Source: Acetatifactor sp. (GTDB taxonomy: Bacteria > Bacillota > Clostridia > Lachnospirales > Lachnospiraceae). Taken from it: 64,000 nt of DNA. The DNA is taken from positions 22,821-86,820 of the forward strand of contig JAZNQI010000046.1 of the NCBI GenBank assembly GCA_045590095.1. Reading direction: 5' to 3'. The notes below the pieces were generated by a model, which was given only the letters and a program-made list of their open reading frames with translations, was not told the DNA's origin and did not search any database. The position numbers and the translations under genes were made by a program. Below are positions 39,873-50,251 of the stretch, one piece after another. Position 1 is the first letter of the stretch. Each line of letters opens with the position of its first letter.

Positions 39873-40649
39873 TTAATTATGTTCTTTAATTTTACGTACA
39901 ATGGGTAAAAGAATATTGTGTGGTATCATTTTGGTCAATAAAGCAAAGCCTTTGATTGGCAAGCTGTATACGGACACAGCTTTCTTGGCACAGGAATCAT
40001 TTAATGCTTTATATACAACATCATAGCTGTCCACTAAAGACATCGCTTTAATAGCTAACATTTTTCCGCCCTTCTCCGCAATATCAAAAAATGGCGTGTC
40101 TACAGGGCCGGGACATACGCTGGTTACAATAATCCCTTTATTTTTTAACTCCATACGCAGAGCTTGTGTGAAACTGTGTACATAGGCTTTGGAGGCTGCA
40201 TATACCGCAAAACCGGGCTGAGGCATAAATGCTGCCGAAGAGGCCATTTGAATGATTCTGGTCCCCTTTATCATATATGGTATACAAAGGTGAGTTACTT
40301 TTGTCAATGCTTCACAGTTTAGGCGAATCATCCCCATTTGTTCTTCATATTCCAACTGGGCAAAATCGCCGATTACACCGTATCCGGCACAATTGACAAG
40401 CATACGAATCTGACAGTTGTATTCTTTTAATATATCCCTCAGGTACGCTAACTGTATGTCATCAGTAATATCCATCGGCAAAATTCGGGTATTATTGCGC
40501 ATTCGACGGGATAATCTGACCAATTTTTCTTTGCGTCTGGCAATTAACCATATCTCATCCGTTTTTCTGATATGAGCATCGATTTGCAAGGCGAATTGCT
40601 CTCCTAACCCGGAGGATGCGCCTACAATAATAACAATACTTTTGGACAT
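39873..40649 (-). CDS. SDR family oxidoreductase
   Basis: GASSGLG, NCAG, YAASK and CPGP. Confidence 0.92.
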   Translation of the reverse strand: MSKSIVIIVGASSGLGEQFALQIDAHIRKTDEIWLIARRKEKLVRLSRRMRNNTRILPMDITDDIQLAYLRDILKEYNCQIRMLVNCAGYGVIGDFAQLEYEEQMGMIRLNCEALTKVTHLCIPYMIKGTRIIQMASSAAFMPQPGFAVYAASKAYVHSFTQALRMELKNKGIIVTSVCPGPVDTPFFDIAEKGGKMLAIKAMSLVDSYDVVYKALNDSCAKKAVSVYSLPIKGFALLTKMIPHNILLPIVRKIKEHN

Positions 40650-42607
40650 TATTTATTTCCCTTCTTTTTATGAACATTACGTATGGTCTTCTTTTTTGTT
40701 GCTTCCTTTGGTTTAACGTTTTTATTCCCGGAAACGGTTGTCTTCTTTTTATTGTTAGATGAGTTGTATTTCGGGATGTAAGTATTATTTTCCGTGGATT
40801 GTTTTCGCGGTCTGATTAAACATTTCTTATCATAGCCGATTAAATCTTCACGTCCCGCAATGGTCAGAGCTTCCAAAACCAAATCATAATTCTTGGGATT
40901 TCGGTATTGAATCAGAGCACGTTGCATTGCTTTTTCATGAGGATTTTTACATACATATACCGGCTGCATATTTCTGGGATCCAAACCGGTATAATACATT
41001 ACTGTAGATATTGTGGAAGGTGTTGGATAGAAATCCTGCACCTGTTCCGGCATATATCCCAAATCTCTCAAATATTCCGCAAGCTCTATAGCTTCTTTTA
41101 AAGTAGAACCCGGATGAGAACTCATTAAGTAAGGAACCAGGAATTGCTTCTTTCCTAACTTATCGTTCAAACGCTTATACTTATTAAGGAATTTTTCGTA
41201 AACAGCATTTTCAGGTTTGCCCATTTTTTTTAAAACAGCATCTGAAATATGCTCAGGAGCAACTTTTAACTGACCACTGATATGATGCTCTACCAGCTCT
41301 TTGAAAAAAGTATCATCGGTATCAGCCAATAAATAATCAAAACGAATACCTGAACGAACAAATACTTTTTTGACACCGGGCAAAGCGCGCAATTTGCGTA
41401 ACAAAGACAAATAATCCGAATGGTCTACTTTGAGATTCTTGCATGGTGACGGAAATAAGCATTGACGATTTTTACATACACCATGTGTCAGTTGTTTATC
41501 GCAGGAAGTATGTCTGAAATTGGCAGTTGGACCACCTACATCATGAATATACCCTTTAAAATCATTATCCTTAATAAGAATCTTGGCTTCTTCCAGAATG
41601 GACTCATGACTTCTGACCTGTATGGTTCGTCCCTGGTGAAATGTAAGGGCACAGAAACTGCATCCGCCAAAACATCCTCTGTTGCTGACTAGGGAAAACT
41701 TGATTTCTGAAATAGCCGGTACACCGCCTGCTTCTTCATATGAGGGATGATAGGTTCTCATATAAGGAAGGGCGTAAATATCATCCATTTCTTGGGTCGT
41801 TAAGGGTGTTTGCGGAGGATTCTGTACTACAAAAATTTGATTTGGGTATGGTTCTATTAAACGTTTTCCATTGCAAAAATCAGTGTTTTGATATTGAATG
41901 GAGAAACTTCTTGCGTATTCTTTAGAATCCGCTTTCATAACTTCATAGGACGGTAAAATTACATTATCGTATATTCCGGATATGTCTTTGGTCTTGTATA
42001 CTGTTCCGGCAACAAAAGTAATATCTTTCACAGCGATACCACTGTTTAAAGCATCGGCAATTTCTACAATGGATTTTTCACCCATGCCGTAAGAAATTAT
42101 ATCAGCTTGTGAATCCAACAAAATGGAACGTTTGAAACTATTTGACCAATAATCGTAATGAGCCATTCTTCGGAGACTGGCTTCAATTCCGCCGATAATA
42201 ATGGGAACATCCCGATAAGATTTTCGAATCAAATTACCATATACAACAGTTGCGTGGTCGGGACGTTTGCCCATCACACCACCGGGAGTATAGGCATCCG
42301 TGTTTCGCAATTTTTTAGAAACAGAATAATGATTTACGCAACTGTCCATATTTCCGGATGAAACAAGAAAACCAAGCCGGGGTTTTCCTAAAATAGTAAT
42401 ACTCTCAGAATCTTTCCAATCGGGTTGGGAAATAATACCTACTGTATATCCCCTGGATTCTAAAACACGACTGATAATAGCCGGTCCGAAAGACGGGTGA
42501 TCCACATAAGCATCTCCAATTACATAAACAAAATCCAGTTGATCGATATTTCTGTCTGCCATATCTTGTTTGCAGATGGGTAAAAAACCATTATTTGAAT
42601 ATTCCAT
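40649..42607 (-). CDS. ygiQ: YgiQ/UPF0313 radical SAM protein
   Basis: [23 protein letters not shown] and QVQDFYPTP. Confidence 0.92.
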   Translation of the reverse strand: MEYSNNGFLPICKQDMADRNIDQLDFVYVIGDAYVDHPSFGPAIISRVLESRGYTVGIISQPDWKDSESITILGKPRLGFLVSSGNMDSCVNHYSVSKKLRNTDAYTPGGVMGKRPDHATVVYGNLIRKSYRDVPIIIGGIEASLRRMAHYDYWSNSFKRSILLDSQADIISYGMGEKSIVEIADALNSGIAVKDITFVAGTVYKTKDISGIYDNVILPSYEVMKADSKEYARSFSIQYQNTDFCNGKRLIEPYPNQIFVVQNPPQTPLTTQEMDDIYALPYMRTYHPSYEEAGGVPAISEIKFSLVSNRGCFGGCSFCALTFHQGRTIQVRSHESILEEAKILIKDNDFKGYIHDVGGPTANFRHTSCDKQLTHGVCKNRQCLFPSPCKNLKVDHSDYLSLLRKLRALPGVKKVFVRSGIRFDYLLADTDDTFFKELVEHHISGQLKVAPEHISDAVLKKMGKPENAVYEKFLNKYKRLNDKLGKKQFLVPYLMSSHPGSTLKEAIELAEYLRDLGYMPEQVQDFYPTPSTISTVMYYTGLDPRNMQPVYVCKNPHEKAMQRALIQYRNPKNYDLVLEALTIAGREDLIGYDKKCLIRPRKQSTENNTYIPKYNSSNNKKKTTVSGNKNVKPKEATKKKTIRNVHKKKGNK

Positions 42608-43250
42608 AGTAATCCTCTATATAAAAATCAGCTTGTTTCAATTTCTCTTCTCTTTGTTTTGCGGAATATGCATCTTCTACTGCACATACCCGCATTCCCG
42701 CGTTTTTACCCGCTTTTATTCCGTGTACAATATCTTCAAATACCAAACAATATTCAGGTTCAATTTCTAATTCGGATGCAGCTGCTAAATAGATATCCGG
42801 AGCAGGCTTACCTTTTAAACCGTCACTGCCTGTTTTTATAACTGCAAAGAATTCACTTATATTTCGGGCTTTTAATACATTGTCAACCAGTTCTCGGGAA
42901 TTGCTGGAGGCAATTGCCAGTTTAATATCACGTTTCTGACATTCTATTAAAAATTCATAAACGCCGGGTTTTAGGAAAACTTCATTTTCATATTTATCCC
43001 AAGCCATTGTATTCCAATCATCCATCATTTCTTCACATGTACGGGGAATTGGGTAATGTGTACTTACCCACTCGGCTGTTTCACGAAAACTCATTCCTTC
43101 TATTTCTGCCTGAAAAGCATCTAATTCCTCTCTTGTAGCTGCCAGACCATAGTGGTTTAAATATTCAATATCAATTTGTCGCCAAATCCACATGGAATCG
43201 ACCAGGGAACCATCTAAATCAAAAATTACTGCTTTGATGTTTGTTATCAT
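42591..43250 (-). CDS. HAD family phosphatase
   Basis: FDLDGSL, KPAPDIY and FED. Confidence 0.92.
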   Translation of the reverse strand: MITNIKAVIFDLDGSLVDSMWIWRQIDIEYLNHYGLAATREELDAFQAEIEGMSFRETAEWVSTHYPIPRTCEEMMDDWNTMAWDKYENEVFLKPGVYEFLIECQKRDIKLAIASSNSRELVDNVLKARNISEFFAVIKTGSDGLKGKPAPDIYLAAASELEIEPEYCLVFEDIVHGIKAGKNAGMRVCAVEDAYSAKQREEKLKQADFYIEDYYGIFK

Positions 43251-43258
43251 AAATACTC

Positions 43259-43975
43259 CTATTTGTGTATACCTGCATCCTGTTTCAGAATATCAATTTC
43301 TTTTTGGGTAAGCTCACGAAATGCACCGGGCATCAGGCTTTCATCTAAGGAAATACTTCCAAATGAAATTCGTTTTAAGGAAAGAACCTGATTATCTACA
43401 GCCTGAAGCATACGTTTAACCTGATGAAATTTACCTTCATGAATCGTCAAATGAATATGGGTATCATCTATTACTACAACATCGGCCGGTAAGGTGAGTT
43501 TGTCCTCTCCGATATCTACCCCTTGTTCTAAGGCTACGATATCGTCCTGTTTGAGCGAATGTTTAATAGTAACAAAATATGTTTTATCCACGTGTTTTTT
43601 CGGACTTAATAGACGATGGGCAAGGTCTCCGTCATTAGTAATAATTAATAAACCTTCTGTGTCCTTGTCCAAGCGACCTACGGGAAACAGATCTTTTTTT
43701 CGTACACCATTTAATAAATCCAATACAGTTTGGTTGTGATTGTCCTGAGTGGCACTTACAACTTGTGCCGGTTTATTAAGCATATAATACTGAAAAGTAC
43801 TATATTGTAATAATTTGTTGTTATATGTTATTTCTGTATTATTTTCATCAAATTTATAATCTGCATTTTTGCAAACCACACCGTTAACGGATATGGCTCC
43901 GGACTTGATAATTGATTTTACCTGACTTCTTGTACCAAGTTCCATTTCGGTCAGAAATTTATCTAAACGTATCAT
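43259..43975 (-). CDS. rsuA: RsuA family rRNA pseudouridine synthase
   Basis: MIRLDKFL, GRLDKDTEG and EGKFHQVKRM. Confidence 0.88.
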   Translation of the reverse strand: MIRLDKFLTEMELGTRSQVKSIIKSGAISVNGVVCKNADYKFDENNTEITYNNKLLQYSTFQYYMLNKPAQVVSATQDNHNQTVLDLLNGVRKKDLFPVGRLDKDTEGLLIITNDGDLAHRLLSPKKHVDKTYFVTIKHSLKQDDIVALEQGVDIGEDKLTLPADVVVIDDTHIHLTIHEGKFHQVKRMLQAVDNQVLSLKRISFGSISLDESLMPGAFRELTQKEIDILKQDAGIHK

Positions 43976-44001
43976 ATTATGTCCTCATTTTAACATATAT
44001 T
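43972..44001 (+). promoter_or_regulatory. Putative sigma-E promoter of ylbJ
   Basis: TCATATT-15bp-CATATATT. Confidence 0.5.
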
Positions 44002-44028
44002 TATTTAACTTTTAATTTGGAGTGAATC

Positions 44029-44952
44029 ATGTTCCTGACACTTTTGTTTATCGTAATAACGATATTGATTCTGACAAATTCCCAGGTGAGTATATCTTAT
44101 GCATTAAGCGGTTTCGCTTTATGGTACGGAAAAATGATTCCTACGTTATTGCCTTTTATGATATTGTCAGGTGCATTAATCAGACTAAATTTATCTGAAA
44201 AGTTTGCTTCTGTGTTACATCCGTTTTTGGGGAAAATGTTTAAATGCAGTAAAAATGTAACATATGCTATAATTATAGGTTTTTTGTGCGGATTTCCCAT
44301 GGGGGCCAAAGTGACGGCAGATTTACTGGAAAATCACAAAATCAACCAAAAAGAAGCTGCATTTCTGCTGGCATTTAATAATAATATCGGTCCTGTATAT
44401 TACTGTGGATTTGTTATTCCGCTTTTACAAATAAAAAATACAGGGATTGCCCTTTTGGGCATGTACGGAATTCCTCTTATGTACGGTTTTCTTTTAAGAA
44501 GAACCGTTTTTTCGGAAATGAATGATTTTGAAACAGTTCTCACAAACACTAATCCCATAGTCCGCAATAACATCCCAAACTACTCTCTGTTTGATGCTGT
44601 GGATGCTTCCGTAAAAAATGCTGTGCAAAGTATATTAACACTTTGTGGTTATATGATTCTGTTTAATACACTTAATATACTGCCGCATTTTATAGTTCCT
44701 GCTTTTCGGGTGTACCTTTCGCCTTTATTGGAAGTGACCGGCGGACTGAATCAAATTGCCGCAACATTACCTATATACAGCTTATGTATTCTCCAATTCG
44801 GCGGATTATCCTGTATTGCACAAACAAACGGTATGATTAAAGGAACCGGTCTATCCCTGGGGAATTACATATTACATAAAATAAATCTCACAATAATAAC
44901 TTTTGTTTATTATTGTGTAATTATATGTTTATTTCACGTTAAGCTTTTTTGA
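44029..44952 (+). CDS. ylbJ: YlbJ-like sporulation integral membrane protein
   Basis: IPTLLPF, GFLCGFPMGAK, LEVTGG and FGGLSCIAQ. Confidence 0.8.
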   Translation: MFLTLLFIVITILILTNSQVSISYALSGFALWYGKMIPTLLPFMILSGALIRLNLSEKFASVLHPFLGKMFKCSKNVTYAIIIGFLCGFPMGAKVTADLLENHKINQKEAAFLLAFNNNIGPVYYCGFVIPLLQIKNTGIALLGMYGIPLMYGFLLRRTVFSEMNDFETVLTNTNPIVRNNIPNYSLFDAVDASVKNAVQSILTLCGYMILFNTLNILPHFIVPAFRVYLSPLLEVTGGLNQIAATLPIYSLCILQFGGLSCIAQTNGMIKGTGLSLGNYILHKINLTIITFVYYCVIICLFHVKLF

Positions 44953-46225
44953 ATATTTTCTTTATGAATTTTGTTCCTAAAAGAAGAGTCAAAATCCAAA
45001 ATACGGAAAAACCAAGCAACAATAAGAAACGCTTGGGGTTCAAGATTCTGTCTAAAATATTTTCTTTAGAAACGACCGGTTCATAGGTTTCTACAGTAAT
45101 ACACTCTTCACTGTTATAATACATATCAATAAAAGCGGAAATGTCAGAATTGTCCTGCTGAACAGGTCTGAAAGTTTCAAATTTGGAAAGCATGTTACTG
45201 TCTGCCAAAAGATCAAATTTATTATAAGCTCTTACAATTACTTTTGGACTGGTATTTTCCGGTATTTCTATGTCTAAAGAAATATTTTGTACGTACTCAC
45301 CTGTTAGTCCGTTGCAGCCGGGCCAAGGATAACGTACACTATAGGTCCGACCTCCGTCAATACTGTAATCATAGTATTGGATGTGATTGGAATAATCGGC
45401 AGCATTGACTGAGATGGACAATTTTCCGGTCTTATAATCAGCATGTAAAACATCAATAGAACATAAATCTGGTTCAGTGTAGTCGTTAAAAGTGGTCTGA
45501 ATGGTATCGTTTGTTGTGAGATTTTGTAACTGCGTCGGTAATTTTTGCTCAAATGAATTATCTAAATTTAAAAAAGTAGCGATTGCCTTTGCATCTCGGA
45601 TCCCAAATTCCTTAAACATCTCTTCAGTGCAATACGCGCCATCTCTAATTTCATCTACATGACAATGTTCAATAATGACCGCAGGAATATCTCTGGCAAC
45701 ACACTCTCTTATCATGCCGTAATAATCATTACCATTGTCGTTTGCTCGGGTCTTTATTCCTCTTATAAACAACCCCATATCTTCCATTTCTTTTAGCTGC
45801 AAATAAGCAAATTGATAAGCCGGAGCATGGTAAGGTTCTTTTAAGGGAATCCATACTTCCGAACCAAAGATAGTGTGTTTTTCAGAAGCATTATAATGTA
45901 GGCTGAAGAGAAAATCAGCATTTACTTCTTTTGCAAAAACTGCCCGTTCTCTTAAAGATAAATCCACATCTGTGGTTCTTGTAGTATATACAGTGATTCC
46001 GGGATATTTAGTTAACTCTTCTATCAATGCATTGGCAGTAATGAGATTAATATCTTTTTCATAAAAATTCGGATTGGAATCCGTTCCTAAATTTTCACCG
46101 CCGTGTCCTGGATCGATTACAATTACAATATTGCCATCGTTTGGAACAAGTGGTGAAGCCTGTGCAGGTAAGGCTGTATAATATATCATAAGTACAGAAC
46201 ATAGGATTAATAATATTTTTTTCAA
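44939..46225 (-). CDS. N-acetylmuramoyl-L-alanine amidase (Amidase_3) with signal peptide and C-terminal TM anchor
   Basis: IDPGHGG, EK, SLHYNA and IIEH. Confidence 0.88.
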   Translation of the reverse strand: MKKILLILCSVLMIYYTALPAQASPLVPNDGNIVIVIDPGHGGENLGTDSNPNFYEKDINLITANALIEELTKYPGITVYTTRTTDVDLSLRERAVFAKEVNADFLFSLHYNASEKHTIFGSEVWIPLKEPYHAPAYQFAYLQLKEMEDMGLFIRGIKTRANDNGNDYYGMIRECVARDIPAVIIEHCHVDEIRDGAYCTEEMFKEFGIRDAKAIATFLNLDNSFEQKLPTQLQNLTTNDTIQTTFNDYTEPDLCSIDVLHADYKTGKLSISVNAADYSNHIQYYDYSIDGGRTYSVRYPWPGCNGLTGEYVQNISLDIEIPENTSPKVIVRAYNKFDLLADSNMLSKFETFRPVQQDNSDISAFIDMYYNSEECITVETYEPVVSKENILDRILNPKRFLLLLGFSVFWILTLLLGTKFIKKIFKKA

Positions 46226-46245
46226 ATTTAATTCTCCACATTTAT

Positions 46246-46281
46246 AAGTAAAACCGGTTTCTCTTGAAACCGGTTTTACTT
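46246..46281. terminator. Hairpin terminator downstream of the coaD cluster
   Basis: AAGTAAAACCGGTTTC-TCTT-GAAACCGGTTTTACTT 16-bp stem. Confidence 0.7.
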
Positions 46282-46287
46282 TAACTT

Positions 46288-46881
46288 TTATTCTTCTTCC
46301 TCGGTAATAATCATATCGCCGGTTGTTTCAGCTTCTACTAATTCGTCCACAGGATGTAATTCAGCACGATTAGACTGAATAATATCTTTGTACTGATTTA
46401 ATCCGGCTATTAAACTCTCGTAATTTGCAACTGAAGTATTTGTAGTGCTAACGATTAAATTTTCTAAATGATTCAGAACATCATCCATGTATTGCATAGC
46501 AGCTGTTTTAACACTGTTTGCTTCCATCATAGCATTGTCCAAAATCTGCTGTGCCTGATAGGTTGCAGAAGTAACAACCTCATTTGCCTGAGCATAAGCC
46601 TGCTGCATGATTTCATGTTCGCTGATTAACTTATTAGTATGAACGGTTGCTTCGTTAATAAGTGCTTCAGCTTTGGCACGTGCATCGTTTAAGATGGCTT
46701 CTTTGTTGCTGATTACTTTTTGATATCTTTTAATTTCTTCAGGGGTGCTCATACGAAGATCTTGAAGATATTCATCGATTTCTTCTTTGTTTACAATGAT
46801 TTTCGTGTTGGAAAATGCTTGAAATTTACAACTATCAATATACAATTCAATATCATCAATTAATTGTTCGATTTTACTCAT
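46288..46881 (-). CDS. Coiled-coil protein downstream of coaD (DivIVA/ATPase-subunit-like)
   Basis: Heptad repeats (A..I...A...A); ATG at 46881 after GAGGTG. Confidence 0.75.
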   Translation of the reverse strand: MSKIEQLIDDIELYIDSCKFQAFSNTKIIVNKEEIDEYLQDLRMSTPEEIKRYQKVISNKEAILNDARAKAEALINEATVHTNKLISEHEIMQQAYAQANEVVTSATYQAQQILDNAMMEANSVKTAAMQYMDDVLNHLENLIVSTTNTSVANYESLIAGLNQYKDIIQSNRAELHPVDELVEAETTGDMIITEEEE

Positions 46882-46913
46882 ATAACACCTCGCTGATTTA
46901 TATATTCCCAATA

Positions 46914-47396
46914 TTAATAATTATACTTTTCTTTGACAAGTTTTGCAATACTTTCCGGTACATAAGGTGATAAATCTCCATGAAAACCGGCTACCTGTCG
47001 TACACCGGAAGAACTAATATATGAATATCCCGGACTGGTTGCCATAAATACAGTTTCAAGTGAGCAATTTGACAACTGGCTGTTGTATTGAGCGGTTTGC
47101 ATTTCATACTCAAAATCACCGATTCCTCGTAATCCGCGAATAGATATGGGAATATCGTGTTGACTGGTATAATCAACCAACATACCGCTAAAACTGTCCA
47201 CTGTTACATTGGGAAATTCCTTTGTAACCTCTTTTAACATCTTAACACGTTCTTCTACAGAAAACAATGGGGACTTTTCGGGATTGTTTAAAATTCCGAT
47301 AATTACTTCATCGAAAACTGCAGCTGCTCTCTTGATAATATCCAAATGACCATAAGTTACCGGATCAAAACTTCCGGGATAAATAGCACGGCTCAT
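46914..47396 (-). CDS. coaD: Pantetheine-phosphate adenylyltransferase
   Basis: YPGSFDPVTYGH, RGLR..DFEYE and ISSS. Confidence 0.96.
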   Translation of the reverse strand: MSRAIYPGSFDPVTYGHLDIIKRAAAVFDEVIIGILNNPEKSPLFSVEERVKMLKEVTKEFPNVTVDSFSGMLVDYTSQHDIPISIRGLRGIGDFEYEMQTAQYNSQLSNCSLETVFMATSPGYSYISSSGVRQVAGFHGDLSPYVPESIAKLVKEKYNY

Positions 47397-47405
47397 AATA
47401 TCCTC

Positions 47406-47960
47406 CTAATCAGCCTTTCTTTGTAAGAAATAATGTTTATTGGTTTTATATTTCTTTTCTTTAATAATTTCAAAACCCAGTTCGGATAAATATGGTAACT
47501 CTTTTTTTAAGGAAGTTTCCACAATGATCAAGGTATCCACCGTAACATATTTCATATTACTTAGCATTCGCAAGACATTTTCTTCATATCCGCTGTCATA
47601 AGGCGGATCCATGAAAATAATGTCTACACTTTTTTCATAAATACCGGATAATCCGGCACTGGCATCCTGCTTTAAAATAATAGCAGAATCTGCCAATTTA
47701 GTAAACTGTAGATTTTGTTGAATGCAATTAATTGCTGCGGGAGCATTTTCGATAAAATAGGCTTTTTTTGCGCCGCGACTTAATGCTTCGATACCTATTC
47801 CGCCGCTTCCGCTGAATAAATCTACAAATACGGCTCCGGGTACATGGTTTTGTAACATATTAAATAAGGTTTCCTTGATGCGGTCCGTAGTAGGACGTGT
47901 ATCTAAACCTTCCGGAGTTTTTAGAGGCATACTCCGAGCCACACCTGCAATTACTCTCAT
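47406..47960 (-). CDS. rsmD: 16S rRNA m2G966 methyltransferase
   Basis: MRVIAG, RPTTDRIKE, DLFSGSG and DPPY. Confidence 0.96.
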   Translation of the reverse strand: MRVIAGVARSMPLKTPEGLDTRPTTDRIKETLFNMLQNHVPGAVFVDLFSGSGGIGIEALSRGAKKAYFIENAPAAINCIQQNLQFTKLADSAIILKQDASAGLSGIYEKSVDIIFMDPPYDSGYEENVLRMLSNMKYVTVDTLIIVETSLKKELPYLSELGFEIIKEKKYKTNKHYFLQRKAD

Positions 47961-47998
47961 GATTTTCTCCTGAACAAATAATAAATTCCCTGTGTTGA

Positions 47999-50239
47999 TT
48001 ATCCTCTTACCTTCGTGCCTTTTCCATCTCGTTTTCCTAATTTCAATGAATTTAATACCAGATTTTTGCTCTTATAAGGAATAACTACTTCTATACCATT
48101 CTGAGTATAATATACAGCCTCGAGTTCATCCTTGGCATCCAGTTTCATGCCGCGCACACCAATAGCAGTCTTTTTCTTTTCCGGTATCTCATCGATAGGG
48201 AATCGTAAGAAGTAACCATCCTTGGATTGCAAAACAATATTCTTCTGATCGTGAATACAAATAATGCTGAGAACTTTATCATCATCTTGCAATTTAGTAG
48301 CTGCTACAGTACGTTTTGTTACATCAAATTCACCGCCATCCACAACTTTCATCATAGATTGCTTGGTAACAAACAATACACGACAAAGATTCAGTTCGGT
48401 CTGATTGGTGATAAATATGATATCTTCCTTTTCGGAGCTGTAGTTACTTACATTATCAATAGGAGTTCCTTTGTCTCTGAATTTACCAAAAGGTAAGTCT
48501 AATACTTTGATTATATGCAACTGTCCGGAGTCTGTAAAAATACAAATTTTGCCGGTGTTTTTGCACTTAAATACATATTTGTTTTCTGCTGCGACAGCAT
48601 CCTTGTTACGTTCGTAAGTGGCCATATCAATGGTTTTTGCATAACCAAAACGGTCCATTAAGAACATAATATCCATTTCTTCCAGCTCCTTCTCTTTATA
48701 AACGGCTTCTTCTGCGTTTTCGATAGAAGTTCTTCTGGGACGTGAATACTCTTTCTTGATTTCTTCCAGCTCGTTGATGATAACCTGGGCCATGGAGTCT
48801 CTTCTATCCAAAATATCTTCATAACGGAAAATATTGGTCATGGTATCTTCATGGTCTTTGATTAAAGCTTCGATTTCCAAACCGATTAATTTGTATAAAC
48901 GCATTTCCAAAATTGCATTAGCCTGCTTTTCTGTAAATAAAAGCTGGGTTGCCATGATTTTGGATTCTTTGGACTTGAATTTAATGCCTTCGATTTCACC
49001 GTTTACCAGACAGTTTTTGGCCATGGCACGATCCTTGGAACCGCGCAAAATTTCAATAATTAAGTCAATTACATTGCAGGCTTTGATTAAGCCTTCCTGA
49101 ATCTCCTTCTTTTCCAGTTCTTTCGCCAAAAGGTTGGTGTACTTACGTGTGGCAACCTGGAATTGGAAATCCACGCAGGCTTTGATAATGCCCTTTAAGC
49201 CCATTACCTCCGGGCGTCCGTCGGAAATGGCCAGCATATTTACACCGAAAGTGTCCTCTAAACGGGTCTTTTTATATAACAGATTTGTGAAGTTTTCTAC
49301 ATCAGCATCCTTACGAAGTTCAATTACAATACGAATGCCTTCCTTGGAGGACTGATTGGAAATATCTACAATATCCTGGGTTTTCTTGGTTTCGGAAAGA
49401 GCTGCTACATCAGTTAAGAATTTGCCGATATTGGCTCCAATCATAGTATAAGGGATTTCGGTAATAACCAGATTGGTCTTACCGCCCTTTGCCTTCTCTA
49501 CTTCTACTTTGCCGCGGATTTTGACTTTGCCTACGCCGGTTTCGTAGATTTCCAAAAGCTCATCCTTGTTGGTAACAATGCCGCCTGTAGGGAAATCAGG
49601 ACCTTTTACATAGCGCATCAGCTCTCTTGTAGTAATGTTTTCATCCAACATATATGCTTTGGTTGCATCAATGACTTCCGAAAGATTATGAGGCGGAATA
49701 TTGGTTGCCATACCAACTGCAATACCTTCTGAACCGTTAACCAATATATTAGGGAATTTAACGGGCAAAACCAAAGGTTCTTTTTCGGTTTCATCAAAGT
49801 TGGGGCCGAAATCAACTACATCCTTATCCAAATCCGCAAGAAAAGCTTCCTGTGTAATCTTGTGAAGTCTGGCTTCCGTAAAACGCATGGCAGCGGCACC
49901 ATCGCCTTCAATATTACCGAAGTTTCCGTGACCGTCTACTAAAGGTTGTCCCTTTTTGAAATCCTGAGTCATAACAACCAAGGCATCATAAATGGAACTG
50001 TCACCATGAGGGTGGTATTTACCCATAGTATCACCTACGATACGGGCACTCTTTCGATATGGCTTATCATAGCGAATACCAAGTTCGTGCATATCATAAA
50101 GAGTTCGTCTCTGTACCGGTTTTAAACCATCTCTAACGTCAGGAATGGCACGGGCGATAATTACACTCATGGCATAATCGATAAAGGACTTTTGCATGAC
50201 CTCGGAGTATTCTGTTTTAATTATTCTATCGTCATTCAT
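47999..50239 (-). CDS. parC: DNA topoisomerase IV subunit A / GyrA family, with Phe at the active-site Tyr
   Basis: [27 protein letters not shown] and [11 protein letters not shown]; short C-terminal domain, no obvious GyrA box. Confidence 0.85.
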   Translation of the reverse strand: MNDDRIIKTEYSEVMQKSFIDYAMSVIIARAIPDVRDGLKPVQRRTLYDMHELGIRYDKPYRKSARIVGDTMGKYHPHGDSSIYDALVVMTQDFKKGQPLVDGHGNFGNIEGDGAAAMRFTEARLHKITQEAFLADLDKDVVDFGPNFDETEKEPLVLPVKFPNILVNGSEGIAVGMATNIPPHNLSEVIDATKAYMLDENITTRELMRYVKGPDFPTGGIVTNKDELLEIYETGVGKVKIRGKVEVEKAKGGKTNLVITEIPYTMIGANIGKFLTDVAALSETKKTQDIVDISNQSSKEGIRIVIELRKDADVENFTNLLYKKTRLEDTFGVNMLAISDGRPEVMGLKGIIKACVDFQFQVATRKYTNLLAKELEKKEIQEGLIKACNVIDLIIEILRGSKDRAMAKNCLVNGEIEGIKFKSKESKIMATQLLFTEKQANAILEMRLYKLIGLEIEALIKDHEDTMTNIFRYEDILDRRDSMAQVIINELEEIKKEYSRPRRTSIENAEEAVYKEKELEEMDIMFLMDRFGYAKTIDMATYERNKDAVAAENKYVFKCKNTGKICIFTDSGQLHIIKVLDLPFGKFRDKGTPIDNVSNYSSEKEDIIFITNQTELNLCRVLFVTKQSMMKVVDGGEFDVTKRTVAATKLQDDDKVLSIICIHDQKNIVLQSKDGYFLRFPIDEIPEKKKTAIGVRGMKLDAKDELEAVYYTQNGIEVVIPYKSKNLVLNSLKLGKRDGKGTKVRG

Positions 50240-50251
50240 TGTTTAACCATC

